A stretch of 64,000 nt of DNA from Planctomycetota bacterium (GTDB lineage Bacteria > Planctomycetota > UBA1135 > UBA2386), in the NCBI GenBank assembly GCA_947501605.1, contig CANMWZ010000002.1, positions 229,683 to 293,682 of the forward strand, given 5' to 3'. The position numbers were made by a program, and so were the translations under genes. The notes beneath the pieces are model-generated. The model made no database searches. It saw only the letters and a list, made by a program, of their open reading frames with translations, and was not told where the DNA came from. Below, piece by piece: positions 1 through 9,453 of the stretch; the stretch's first letter is position 1; each line of letters starts with the position of its first letter.

Positions 1-1
1 C

Positions 2-1111
2 AGTCCTCCGGTCGAGTTTCTGACCGAAGGTCCGATCACGGCGCTCGACACCGCCAGCAAGATCATCTCGGCCCAGGGCCTCAACGTCACCGTACCCGCA
101 ACGATCGATGGCCTGCCGTTCAAGCTCATCGGCACCAACTTCGCCGGCGCCGAGATCACGGCGGCCACGTTCAACGCACTGCTCGACGAAAACGCAGCCG
201 CTGGTGGTCGTGACGCCGGTGGCCCGCTGCACCCAGGCGCCGTGCGCTCGATCTTCAGCTCGGGCAAGATCCAGATCGAAGCCACCCAGGATTCGCCGGC
301 CAGTCTCGCGATGCGCGCGCAGCTCGATGCGATCCGCAGCACCGTCGAAGCGAGCCACGCTGTCGTCCTGCTCCCGACCGAAGGCATTGCCTTCCCGGGC
401 CAGAGCGACAACCCGCCCCCGGACACGTTCCAGTACAGCGGCAGCACGCTGAAGTCGGCTGGTCAGGTCTATCAGGACGCTGCCGGCAATCGCTTCCTCA
501 TCCCGGACGGCGACGCCGTGGTCGAGTTTGCCGAGAACCTGGTCATGGGACCGATCACGTCGGTGAATGCGACCGGCGCGTTCCCGTCGTTCGTCATGGG
601 TGAGATGCCAGTGGTCCTCAACCCGGACCCGCGCCTCCCCACCGTCATCACCGGCCTCAGCGGTGTCGAATTCAGCCCGAGTGAGTTCTACACGATCCTG
701 GGCAACGCCACGACCGACCCGCACATGGTCGCCGCCGGTTACGTCGTCGACGGCGTGCTGTTCGCTACGATGATCGAGTCCGAACTCATCAACCCGGTGA
801 CGCCGCCCACGGTCTCGATCGACCGCGCGACGTTTGACAACCGCAGCAACGAAGTCCGCCTGCGCGGCACGGTCGACAAGCCGACCGGCCTGCGTGTGCG
901 CATCGAGTTCCTGCGCGGCGCCGTCGTCGCCGGCACCTTCATCGAGAACATCGTCGTCGACCCCGCCGTCGGCCCGTTTGGCGAGTGGCTCTACCGCGGC
1001 CGCAACACGGTCCCCGGTGGCCTCGCCACCGTCACGGCGATTCGCCTGACGCTGATCAACGAGGTCAATGCGACGGTCACGACCCGGACGTTCGAACGCA
1101 GCGCGCTCTGA
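2..1111 (+). CDS. Hypothetical beta-rich protein, 5'-truncated by window edge (DUF5666-like repeats possible)
   Basis: Frame open from base 2 (SPPVEFLTEGPITALDTASKII...) into ORF 242..1111; repeated GPITxxx-like segments; strong GC3 bias. Confidence 0.6.
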   Translation, partial: SPPVEFLTEGPITALDTASKIISAQGLNVTVPATIDGLPFKLIGTNFAGAEITAATFNALLDENAAAGGRDAGGPLHPGAVRSIFSSGKIQIEATQDSPASLAMRAQLDAIRSTVEASHAVVLLPTEGIAFPGQSDNPPPDTFQYSGSTLKSAGQVYQDAAGNRFLIPDGDAVVEFAENLVMGPITSVNATGAFPSFVMGEMPVVLNPDPRLPTVITGLSGVEFSPSEFYTILGNATTDPHMVAAGYVVDGVLFATMIESELINPVTPPTVSIDRATFDNRSNEVRLRGTVDKPTGLRVRIEFLRGAVVAGTFIENIVVDPAVGPFGEWLYRGRNTVPGGLATVTAIRLTLINEVNATVTTRTFERSAL

Positions 1112-1304
1112 TCGCGGAGCGAGCCCAGCAGCCAGTCCGGGAACGGCGCCGTCGCCGAGCGTCCCGCGGGATGCGATCTTGGACTGGCCTAGAACGATGA
1201 GCCCGGTGCGCCCAACGGCGCGAACCGGGCTCGAACTCTGTACCGGACGTGACGATTTCGTCCGCAGTGGAATCAGGCGGATGGCTGCGTTTGCTGCGCC
1301 ACTC

Positions 1305-3455
1305 ATGACTGCCCCAAAGGTGCACCCGTCTGCCTGGCTCGCGCCAACGCGCCCTCGACCGATCCTCGCCGGCGTCGTTCGCGGACTCCTGCTTGGTGCC
1401 GCGCTGACTCCGGCGATGGCCCAAGACGGACCCGGCGGTCCGTTTGGCGGCCCTGCCGGTGGACCAGGAGGCCAAGGTGGCCCGGGCGGACCTGCGAGCG
1501 CGCGCGAACAGAAACTGGTGGAGCGCTTTGACACCGACAACAACGGCCGCCTCGACCAAGAGGAGCGGAACACCGCGCGGAAATGGCAGCAGCAACAGCC
1601 GCGGCGCGGCATGGGCGGTCGCGGTGGACCGGGATTCCCTGGTGGACCGGGATTCCCTGGTGGAGCGGGATTCCCAGGTGGAGCGGGCGGTCGCGAAGCG
1701 GACGCTGCCGCGGAGTCACCGCGTCAACCCGTGACGATCGCCCCGGAAGACGTGACGAACTTCGTGGATCACGCCCTCTACGACCCGGCAGTTGTGCGCA
1801 CGATCTTCCTCGAGTTTCCAACGGCCGATTGGTTCGAGGAGCTTGCCGACTTCTATCGCACGGATGTCGAGGTCCCGGCAACGATGCGCGTCGACGGTGT
1901 CGAGTACCGCGATGTCGGCGCCGGCTTCCGCGGCAACTCGTCGTACTTCGGCGTGCAAGGCAAGAAGAAGTCGTTCTCGCTGTCCGTCGATGCCGTCGAC
2001 AGCAAGCAGAAGCTCTACGGCTTTGGTGAGCTCAACCTGTTGAACTGCAATGACGACCCGTCGTACCTGCGCGAAGCGATCCATGCGTTCGTCGCGCGGC
2101 AGTTCACGCCGGCGCTGCAGGCCAACATCGTGCAGCTCGTGGTCAACGGCGAAAACTGGGGCCTCTACGCCAACGTCCAGCAATTCGACAAGACCTTCCT
2201 CGACGGCGAGTATGGCACCAAGAAGGGCGTGCGGTGGAAGGTCCCGGCCAACCCTCGCGGCGGGGCGGGACTCGCGTGGCAAGGCGAAGAGCGCGAGGCC
2301 TACGAACGGTCCTACGAGTTGAAGGGCAAGGTCGAAGACGAAGCCGGCGCGTGGCAACGCCTCATCGAACTCTGCCGTGTGCTGAACACGACGCCGATCG
2401 AAGACCTCGAACGCGTGGTTCCGGGGGTGCTCGACATCGATGCTGCGCTGTGGTTTCTCGCCATCGACGCCGCGCTGCTCGACGGCGACGGCTACCAAAG
2501 TCGCGCCAGCGACTTCCTGCTCTGGGAAGGCCCCGATCATCGTTTCCGGCCGCTGCCGTACGATAGCAATGAGATCCTCGGCGCCGGCATGCGCGGCATG
2601 CGCGGTGGACCTGGCGGGCAGGCTGGACCTCCTGAGCAAGGCGGACCCGGGCGCCGCGGCGGCAACGGCGACGCGCCGCCCGGCGGTCGCGACGTTGGCC
2701 CTCTGGAAGATGGCAGTGCCCCTCCCGGCAGCGAACGCCGCGGCCAACGCGGCGGCCGCGGCGGCGGTCCGGGTGGCATGATGGGCGCGCCGAGTCCGAC
2801 TTCGAGCCCCCTTGCGCTGGCCGACCAACAGGCGCGGCCGCTTGGTCGCCTGCTGCTAGTCCCCCGCTGGCGCGCCGCCTATCTGGCGCACCTGCGCGCC
2901 ATCTCGACGCAGGCGCTCGAGTGGGAAATCCTCGGCGAGTTCGCCACGTCCCTGCACACGAAGATCGACGCCATGGCGAAGCAGGACGACAAGGCGCTCG
3001 CCAGCTATACCGCGTTCGGCAAGAGCCTTCAGTCCTTGCAACGGACCGCGATGGCGCGTCACCAGACCCTGCAAGAACACGCGTGCATGCAGGGCCCTTG
3101 GCCAGAACTCTCCGACCTCCGCGCCGAGGTCGGGCGCCACGGTGAGCGCGACGCCAAGCTAGCGGTCTGCGTGCGCAGCAACGACGCGAGCAAGGTCGCC
3201 AACGTGTGGTTGCATGTGAGCACCGCGAAGCGTGGCCCGTTCGCCGCCGTCGTCTTGCACGACGATGGCCAGCACGGGGACGGCGCCGCCGACGACGGCG
3301 TCTTCGGTGGCAGCAGCGAACCGTTCGCGCAGAACGAGGCGGTGCACTACTACATCGAGGCCCTCGACGACGGCGAACAACCAAAGGCCGCGTTCCTGCC
3401 CGCGGCTGCGAGCGGGCGCCCGCTACGCGCGGAACTCGACGACAAGAAGCGCTGA
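1305..3455 (+). CDS. Secreted CotH-kinase-family protein with EF-hand-like motif, Gly-rich linkers and C-terminal DDGxxGD domain
   Basis: Signal-like N-terminus (..AALTPAMAQ); DTDNNGRLDQEE; RGNSS..KKSF; LNL...DPSYLRE; VNGENWGLY; LHDDGQHGDGAADDGVFGG; start uncertain (1281 or 1305). Confidence 0.8.
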   Translation: MTAPKVHPSAWLAPTRPRPILAGVVRGLLLGAALTPAMAQDGPGGPFGGPAGGPGGQGGPGGPASAREQKLVERFDTDNNGRLDQEERNTARKWQQQQPRRGMGGRGGPGFPGGPGFPGGAGFPGGAGGREADAAAESPRQPVTIAPEDVTNFVDHALYDPAVVRTIFLEFPTADWFEELADFYRTDVEVPATMRVDGVEYRDVGAGFRGNSSYFGVQGKKKSFSLSVDAVDSKQKLYGFGELNLLNCNDDPSYLREAIHAFVARQFTPALQANIVQLVVNGENWGLYANVQQFDKTFLDGEYGTKKGVRWKVPANPRGGAGLAWQGEEREAYERSYELKGKVEDEAGAWQRLIELCRVLNTTPIEDLERVVPGVLDIDAALWFLAIDAALLDGDGYQSRASDFLLWEGPDHRFRPLPYDSNEILGAGMRGMRGGPGGQAGPPEQGGPGRRGGNGDAPPGGRDVGPLEDGSAPPGSERRGQRGGRGGGPGGMMGAPSPTSSPLALADQQARPLGRLLLVPRWRAAYLAHLRAISTQALEWEILGEFATSLHTKIDAMAKQDDKALASYTAFGKSLQSLQRTAMARHQTLQEHACMQGPWPELSDLRAEVGRHGERDAKLAVCVRSNDASKVANVWLHVSTAKRGPFAAVVLHDDGQHGDGAADDGVFGGSSEPFAQNEAVHYYIEALDDGEQPKAAFLPAAASGRPLRAELDDKKR
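1623..1687 (+). repeat. 18-bp coding tandem repeat (GGPGFP x ~3.5)
   Basis: ggtggaccgggattccct x2, then ggtggagcgggattccca and ggtggagcggg. Confidence 0.9.
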
Positions 3456-3487
3456 TCCACCGGAGCGACCAGATCGGTTGCGCCAAA

Positions 3488-3534
3488 GGGAGCTGGCCGA
3501 GCTGGAGCTGACCCAACTGGAGCTAACCCAGTGG
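3488..3534. repeat. Imperfect 15-bp tandem repeat between convergent genes
   Basis: gagctggccgagctg / gagctgacccaactg / gagctaacccagtgg. Confidence 0.65.
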
Positions 3535-3665
3535 CAGCAACTCTGCGCTGCCGTTCCAGAACGCCTCGCGTCTCGGCGCTGGTGTGCCGGGCGCTCAGCG
3601 ACGGCGCCCTTGCGCCGGCGGCTGTTGGTCGCTGTTCGGGAGCGGGCGCCGGCGTGGCCCAGAGA

Positions 3666-5183
3666 TCAGCCAGCGGACAGCGAGCCTGGAATGCGCAGAT
3701 ACGCGCGCAGTCCCTGCCGACCACCCTCGCGACCGAAGCCTGACTCCTGGAAGCCACCAAACGGCGCCGCCGCATCGAAACGGTTGAAGGTGTTGTTCCA
3801 GATCACCCCGGCGCGCAGGCGTTCGGCGAGCCACAAGATGCGCGCACCCTTGTCGGTCCAGATGCCAGCCGACAGGCCGTAGCTCGTGTTGTTGGCCTTC
3901 TCGACCGCTTCCTCGGGCGTGCGAAAGGTCATCACCGACAGCACCGGGCCGAAGATCTCCTCGCGCGCAACACGGTGGCTCGAGGCGACGCCGGTGAACA
4001 CCGACGGCGGGAACCAGTAGCCCTTGCTCGGCAGCACACACGGCGGTTGGAACAGACTGGCGCCTTCGTCGACACCGCTCTGCACCATTTCTTGGATGCG
4101 CGACAACTGGGCCTTGCTGTTGATCGCGCCCATGTCGGTGTTCTTGTCCATCGGGTCACCGGTCCGGATGCGCGCCATGCGCTGCCGCAACTTCGCCACG
4201 AACAGGTCGTGGATGCTCTCCTGCAACAACAAGCGCGAGCCGGCGCAGCAGACGTGACCTTGGTTGAAGAAGATGCCGCGCACGACGCCGTCGACGGCCT
4301 GGTCGATAGCCGCGTCCTCGAACACGACATGGGCTGCCTTGCCGCCCAGTTCGAGCGTCAGCTCCTTGCCGGACCCAGCGAGCTGTTGCTGGATCCGCTT
4401 GCCTACCTGCGTACTGCCCGTGAACGCGACTTTGGCGAGGTCCGGGTGCGAGACCAGTGCGGCACCGGTACGGCCATCGCCGGTCACGATGTTGACGACG
4501 CCCGGCGGCAGGCCGGCCTGCTGGCAGATCTCCGCCAGCCGCAGCGCCGTGAGCGGCGTCGTCTCGGCGGGCTTCAGCACGACGGTGTTGCCGCAGGCCA
4601 ATGCGGGCGCCAGCTTCCACGCCGCCATCAGCAGCGGGAAGTTCCACGGGATCACCTGTCCAACCACACCGAGCGGCTGCGGCTTGGCGCCGGGGAAGGC
4701 CAGCTCGAGCTTGTCGGCCCATCCCGCGTGGTAGAAAAAATGCTGCGCCGCGAGTGGCACGTCCACATCGCGCGACTCGCGGATCGGCTTGCCGCCGTCC
4801 ATGGTCTCGAGGCAGGCGAGTTCGCGGGCCCGCTCCTGGATGATGCGAGCGATCCGGTAGAGGTAGCGGGCACGCGCCTCCCCGGAGAGCTTGCTCCACG
4901 CCGGGAATGCGGTCTTGGCCGCTTGCACCGCGCTGTCGACGTCCGCCGCTGAGCCCTGCGCAACCTCGCTGAGTGGTTGCTCCGTGGCCGGGTTGGTGGT
5001 CGCGAAGTACTCGCCTTCGGCCGGGGCCCGGAACTCGCCGCCGACGAACAGCTCGTAGCGTTTGGCGACGACGAAGTGGTCGGAGCCCTCCTTCGATGGT
5101 GCGTAGTTCCACACCCCGTCGAATCGGAGTTCGGGACCTGGGACAGCGGTCACGTGCGCCTGCTTCTCATCGTGGTCGACCAT
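3666..5183 (-). CDS. Aldehyde dehydrogenase family protein
   Basis: IPWNFP, KPAETTP, FTGS, LELGGK, catalytic VCCAG, EEIFGPV, PFGGFQESGFGREGG. Confidence 0.95.
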   Translation of the reverse strand: MVDHDEKQAHVTAVPGPELRFDGVWNYAPSKEGSDHFVVAKRYELFVGGEFRAPAEGEYFATTNPATEQPLSEVAQGSAADVDSAVQAAKTAFPAWSKLSGEARARYLYRIARIIQERARELACLETMDGGKPIRESRDVDVPLAAQHFFYHAGWADKLELAFPGAKPQPLGVVGQVIPWNFPLLMAAWKLAPALACGNTVVLKPAETTPLTALRLAEICQQAGLPPGVVNIVTGDGRTGAALVSHPDLAKVAFTGSTQVGKRIQQQLAGSGKELTLELGGKAAHVVFEDAAIDQAVDGVVRGIFFNQGHVCCAGSRLLLQESIHDLFVAKLRQRMARIRTGDPMDKNTDMGAINSKAQLSRIQEMVQSGVDEGASLFQPPCVLPSKGYWFPPSVFTGVASSHRVAREEIFGPVLSVMTFRTPEEAVEKANNTSYGLSAGIWTDKGARILWLAERLRAGVIWNNTFNRFDAAAPFGGFQESGFGREGGRQGLRAYLRIPGSLSAG

Positions 5184-5295
5184 GGCGTGGCGACCATAGG
5201 CGGAGCGGGCTCGTGATGCACGCAAGCGCACCGGCGGCGCGAGTCTTGCGCTGCCCTATCCTCTGAACCGGGTCTTGGCCGATAGACTTCGGCGT

Positions 5296-5757
5296 ATGCG
5301 GTCACCCGTCCTCGCGCTCGCCCTGTTGTGCACTGGCTGCACTTGGTTCAAGGGCCATCAGGAAGTGCTCATCACCAGCGAGCCGCCGGGCGCCCACATC
5401 TGGCTCGACGGCCGCGACACCGGCGAGACCACCCCGCATGCCTTCAACATCGCCGGCAACTTTGGCTTCGACCACCCCCTCGAGCTGCAGAAGAAGGGCT
5501 ACCGCGCGGAGCGTCGCATGCTCTACCAGCAGACCCGGATGTACACCTCGCGGTGGATCGACGGCGCTGGCCCACCCGAGTTGCCGCCGTGGCCGATCGA
5601 CTGGACCATGGGCGACGTCTTGTTCCCGTTCGGCGTGCGCGGCGCCATCGTTCCCGGTGAGGTCTACGTGAAGCTCTACCGCGAGGACGAGCCGCTGCTC
5701 GGTTTCGACGTGCTGCGCGAACGGGCCAAGACCGCGACCGCTGCAGAAGCGAAGTGA
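5296..5757 (+). CDS. PEGA-domain lipoprotein
   Basis: Lipobox-like LCTGC; ITSEPPGAHIWLDG...GETTP; LQKKGY. Confidence 0.75.
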   Translation: MRSPVLALALLCTGCTWFKGHQEVLITSEPPGAHIWLDGRDTGETTPHAFNIAGNFGFDHPLELQKKGYRAERRMLYQQTRMYTSRWIDGAGPPELPPWPIDWTMGDVLFPFGVRGAIVPGEVYVKLYREDEPLLGFDVLRERAKTATAAEAK

Positions 5758-6323
5758 CGCGCGCGGTCTTTCTCGACCGCGACGGCACGATCAATCGCGA
5801 GGTCAGCTTTGTCGCGCGTGCCGACCAGTTTGTGCTGCTGCCCGGCGTGCACTCGGCCCTAGGACGACTGGTCGACGCTGGCTTCGCAGTCGTCGTCGTG
5901 ACGAACCAGAGCGGCATTGCCCGCGGCCTCTACACCGAGGACGACCTCGCCCGCATTCACGAACTGGCCCAGCAACAGCTCGGACACCTCGTGCGCGCAT
6001 TCTTGCACTGCCCGCACCACCCCGATCTACCGGGCCCTTACGGCGGCGCCTGCACCTGCCGCAAACCGCAGAGCGGCCTCGTGCTCGCGGCCCAGGAACT
6101 GCTCAGTCTCCAGCTCGAAGGCTCCTATCTGGTCGGCGACAGCGCCCGCGACGTACTCGCGGCCAGAGGACTGCCATTGCGCACGGTCTACGTGCACAGC
6201 GGCAAGCCACCGCGCGAAGAGCTGGCGCAGCTCGCAGCAGCGAACTTCGCGCCCACGGCAGAGGCGATGGACCTGCCGGCGGCGGTTGACTGGATCCTGC
6301 GCGACTCGAGCGGCGAGGAGTAA
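5754..6323 (+). CDS. gmhB: D-glycero-D-manno-heptose 1,7-bisphosphate phosphatase / HAD-IIIA phosphatase
   Basis: FLDRDGTIN, VTNQSGIARG, CPHHP, CRKP, VGD; GTGA overlap with upstream gene. Confidence 0.85.
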   Translation: MTRAVFLDRDGTINREVSFVARADQFVLLPGVHSALGRLVDAGFAVVVVTNQSGIARGLYTEDDLARIHELAQQQLGHLVRAFLHCPHHPDLPGPYGGACTCRKPQSGLVLAAQELLSLQLEGSYLVGDSARDVLAARGLPLRTVYVHSGKPPREELAQLAAANFAPTAEAMDLPAAVDWILRDSSGEE

Positions 6324-6390
6324 CCCCCCACCGCTATGCTCGGGGTGTTGCACCGCGCTGCAAATCGACGCGCGGTTGCACCACTGCGCC

Positions 6391-7839
6391 ATGACGAACC
6401 TCCGCTGCGTACTGCTTCTGCTCGTCTGTAGCCTCGCCCCAAAGCTGTCCGACCTCGCCGCGCAGTCGCGCCCGGCGGCCGATCGCTACGAGCTCGGCCT
6501 GCGCTTGCGCGCCTTCGAACGCCAACTCGACCGCACCACGGATGCCGCGCGTCGCAAGGCGGCCTTCGTCGAACTCGACGCCGCGGTGCAGGCGTTCTTC
6601 GGCATGAATCTCGACGCCGTCGCAACCAGCGTCGAAGCGGCGGCCACGGCGCTGCACGCGAAAGTGCCCACCGACGACGAGCGCTTCGCCGCGCGGCTGT
6701 GGCTGCATTTGCCGCAACGCCTCGTCGACTGCGAGGCGGTCTCGGTCGCGTGCGAACTGCGCTCCCTGCCACCACCGCGCGGCGATGACGAGTTCGTTGC
6801 CCCGACCGACGCCGTGCTCGTGTTGCGAGTCGTCGGCCACGATGCCGAACTCGCGCGCCTCGCTATCGGCGAACTGCCGCAGACCGTCGCGCTGCCGCTC
6901 GCGGGCCTGAGCGCTGGCGACCTCACGCTGCAGTGGTCAGTACAGCGCGGGGCCACGGTGCTGCAGGTCCGCGAACAGGGAATCTCGCTCGTAACGGCGC
7001 GCGACCAACGACTGAAGGCCCTGGAGCAATCCGCAGACGCGACGGAAGATCGCACGGACCTCGAGGGCCACACCCTGATGCGTCTCGTACGCACGCTGCG
7101 CGGGATGACCAAGGACCACAGCGAAGAGACCATCCTTCCCGGGGCCCGGCTGCTGGCCGAGGCCGAGAGCCTGGCGAAACTCGAGGCCAACGCGCGCCAC
7201 TACGCGGCGACTGCTAGCGGCCAGTACTGGCTGTGCGTGCCGACCGAAAAGGGCGCCGTGCATGTGCGCTTGTGCCTGCCCGCGAACAGCACGGCCGGAG
7301 ACTTGGCCCCGCTCGTGCTGGCACTCCACGGCGCTGGCGGCAGCGAGAACCTGTTTTGCGACGGCTATGGCGATGGCGCCACAGTCCGGCAGTGCGCAGA
7401 GCGCGGTTGGATCCTGTGCGCCCCGCGGTCGTCGGGGATGACCGGTGTCGAGTTGCCAGCACTCATCGACGCCCTGGCCGAGCGATTCCCAGTCGACCGC
7501 GACCGCGTCGTGCTGATCGGCCACAGCATGGGCGCGATGCAGGCCATTGCGCAGGCAACGCGCGCACCTGACCGCTTCGCTGCCGTTGCCGCGCTCGGCG
7601 GCGGCGGCTCGGTCAGGGCCGGGGCCAAGCTCGAACGGCTGCCGTTCTTCGTCGGCGCCGGCGAACGCGACTTCGGGCGCAACGGGGCCTACTCGCTGTC
7701 GCAGCAACTGGCGAAGGTCGAGGCCAAGACGACGTGGCGCGAGTACGCGGACGTCGAACACCTCGCCGTCGTGCAAGTGGCACTGCCCGACGTGTTCGCG
7801 TTCTTCGATCGCTCGCTGGAAGCCGCGCGTGCACGCTGA
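6391..7839 (+). CDS. Secreted alpha/beta hydrolase (esterase/peptidase-like C-terminal domain)
   Basis: Signal peptide; LALHGAGG, GHSMG nucleophile, GERD, EH. Confidence 0.75.
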   Translation: MTNLRCVLLLLVCSLAPKLSDLAAQSRPAADRYELGLRLRAFERQLDRTTDAARRKAAFVELDAAVQAFFGMNLDAVATSVEAAATALHAKVPTDDERFAARLWLHLPQRLVDCEAVSVACELRSLPPPRGDDEFVAPTDAVLVLRVVGHDAELARLAIGELPQTVALPLAGLSAGDLTLQWSVQRGATVLQVREQGISLVTARDQRLKALEQSADATEDRTDLEGHTLMRLVRTLRGMTKDHSEETILPGARLLAEAESLAKLEANARHYAATASGQYWLCVPTEKGAVHVRLCLPANSTAGDLAPLVLALHGAGGSENLFCDGYGDGATVRQCAERGWILCAPRSSGMTGVELPALIDALAERFPVDRDRVVLIGHSMGAMQAIAQATRAPDRFAAVAALGGGGSVRAGAKLERLPFFVGAGERDFGRNGAYSLSQQLAKVEAKTTWREYADVEHLAVVQVALPDVFAFFDRSLEAARAR

Positions 7840-9373
7840 AGCAATCGCGACGGCGCGTTCCCTGGCCCCGGCACGCAAGACGCACGCGAGCCTCGCGTGT
7901 TGGCTGCTCGTTGTACCTCTTTGGGCACCGCTCTGGCTCGTGGCACCAATCGTCGCTCAGGATCCTGTGCTCGTAGCCGCCGGGGCCGACGCCGCGACGT
8001 TGGCAGCCGCGGCAGCGCGGGTGCGGCCAAGCCCTCGCCAACTCGCTTGGCAAGCGCACGGGTTCGTCGCCTTCGTGCACTTTGGCATGAACACATTCAC
8101 GGACCGCGAATGGGGCGACGGTACCGAGACACCCGCCACGTTCGCGCCGACCGACTTCGACGCCGCGCAGTGGGTTTCCACGTTTGCCGATGCCGGGATG
8201 CGCGGGCTGGTATTGACCTGCAAGCATCATGACGGCTTCGCCCTGTGGCCAACTTCGGTGACCGCACACAGCGTCGCGTCCTCGCCGTGGCGGCACGGCG
8301 ACGGCGACATCGTCGCTGAGGTCGCCGACGCGTGCCGGGCACGCGGACTGTCGTTTGGGGTCTATCTGTCCCCGTGGGATCGACACTGCAAGGAGTTCGG
8401 CACGCGCGCCTACCACGAGATTTTCCAGACGCAGCTTCGCGAACTGTGCACGAACTACGGCCCGCTGTTCGAAGTCTGGTTCGACGGCGCCAACTGTCCG
8501 AGCGATCAGCCCGAGGTGTTCGACTGGCAGGCCCACTTCCGACTCGTGCGTCAACTGCAGCCGGATGCCGCCATCGCCATCACCGGGCCAGACGTGCGCT
8601 GGGTTGGCAACGAGGCTGGCCGCACTCGCGAGCAGGAATGGAGCGTGCTGCCACTCGATGTCGCCGAGAGCGGCGGCTTCGAGCAGGATCGAACTGCCTG
8701 GCAGTCGCTCTGGCGGTTGCGGGAACGCAACCAAGCGCACGATCTCGGCTCACGCAGCGCCCTGACCGGGGCTCGTCGCTTGTGCTGGTGGCCTGCCGAA
8801 ACCGATGTCTCGATCCGTCCCGGCTGGTTCTTCCACGAGGCCGAGAACGACAAGGTGAAGAGCAAGGGCGAGCTGCTCGACTTCTGGTTCGCCGCAGTCG
8901 GCGGCAACGCGGTCTTGCTGCTCAACGTGCCGCCCGACCGCCGCGGCCGCATCGCCGACCAAGACGTGGCCGTACTCCGCGAAGTGGGCGCCCACTTGCA
9001 GGCGACGTTCGGCATCGACTTGCTCGCGCAAGCCGACCGGCGCGACCGCCGCGGAACGTGGGAGTTCTACTTTGCCGAGGAGCGCACGTTCGACGTGGTC
9101 GACCTCCGCGAAGAGGTCGGCAGTCGCGGCCAGTGTGTGGAAGCCTTCGCCATCGAGGTGTGGGACGGCGAGCGCTTCACGGAGGTGGCGACCGGCACCA
9201 CGATTGGGTTTCGCCGCCTCGTGCGACTGCCGCTCACGACGGCCCGCGGGCTGCGCGTTCGCATCCGGCAGAGCCGCAGCGAGACGCGACTCGCCCACAT
9301 CTCGCTCCACCGGCAGCCGCCTCCGGCACCAGCCAGCACCGAGCCGACGAAGCCGAGTTCGCGGCCTCGCTGA
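7829..9373 (+). CDS. Alpha-L-fucosidase (GH29)
   Basis: FVHFGMNTF, TCKHHDGFALWP, YLSPWD, EVWFDGA, RWVGNE, ETDVSIRPGWF, LLNVPPD; start uncertain. Confidence 0.92.
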   Translation: MHAEAIATARSLAPARKTHASLACWLLVVPLWAPLWLVAPIVAQDPVLVAAGADAATLAAAAARVRPSPRQLAWQAHGFVAFVHFGMNTFTDREWGDGTETPATFAPTDFDAAQWVSTFADAGMRGLVLTCKHHDGFALWPTSVTAHSVASSPWRHGDGDIVAEVADACRARGLSFGVYLSPWDRHCKEFGTRAYHEIFQTQLRELCTNYGPLFEVWFDGANCPSDQPEVFDWQAHFRLVRQLQPDAAIAITGPDVRWVGNEAGRTREQEWSVLPLDVAESGGFEQDRTAWQSLWRLRERNQAHDLGSRSALTGARRLCWWPAETDVSIRPGWFFHEAENDKVKSKGELLDFWFAAVGGNAVLLLNVPPDRRGRIADQDVAVLREVGAHLQATFGIDLLAQADRRDRRGTWEFYFAEERTFDVVDLREEVGSRGQCVEAFAIEVWDGERFTEVATGTTIGFRRLVRLPLTTARGLRVRIRQSRSETRLAHISLHRQPPPAPASTEPTKPSSRPR

Positions 9374-9453
9374 CACGATTCCTTACGTTGTCGCGGCCGA
9401 AGTGCCGCCAGGGACTCGACCGCACGCCGCCAGACGGCAGACTTCTCGGGATC

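Noticed and set aside
8332..9453. 1160-aa ORF or fusion overlapping the fucosidase
   Set aside because: The N-terminal ~374 codons are an alternate frame of the GH29 gene; the real gene likely starts at 9454 with a signal peptide
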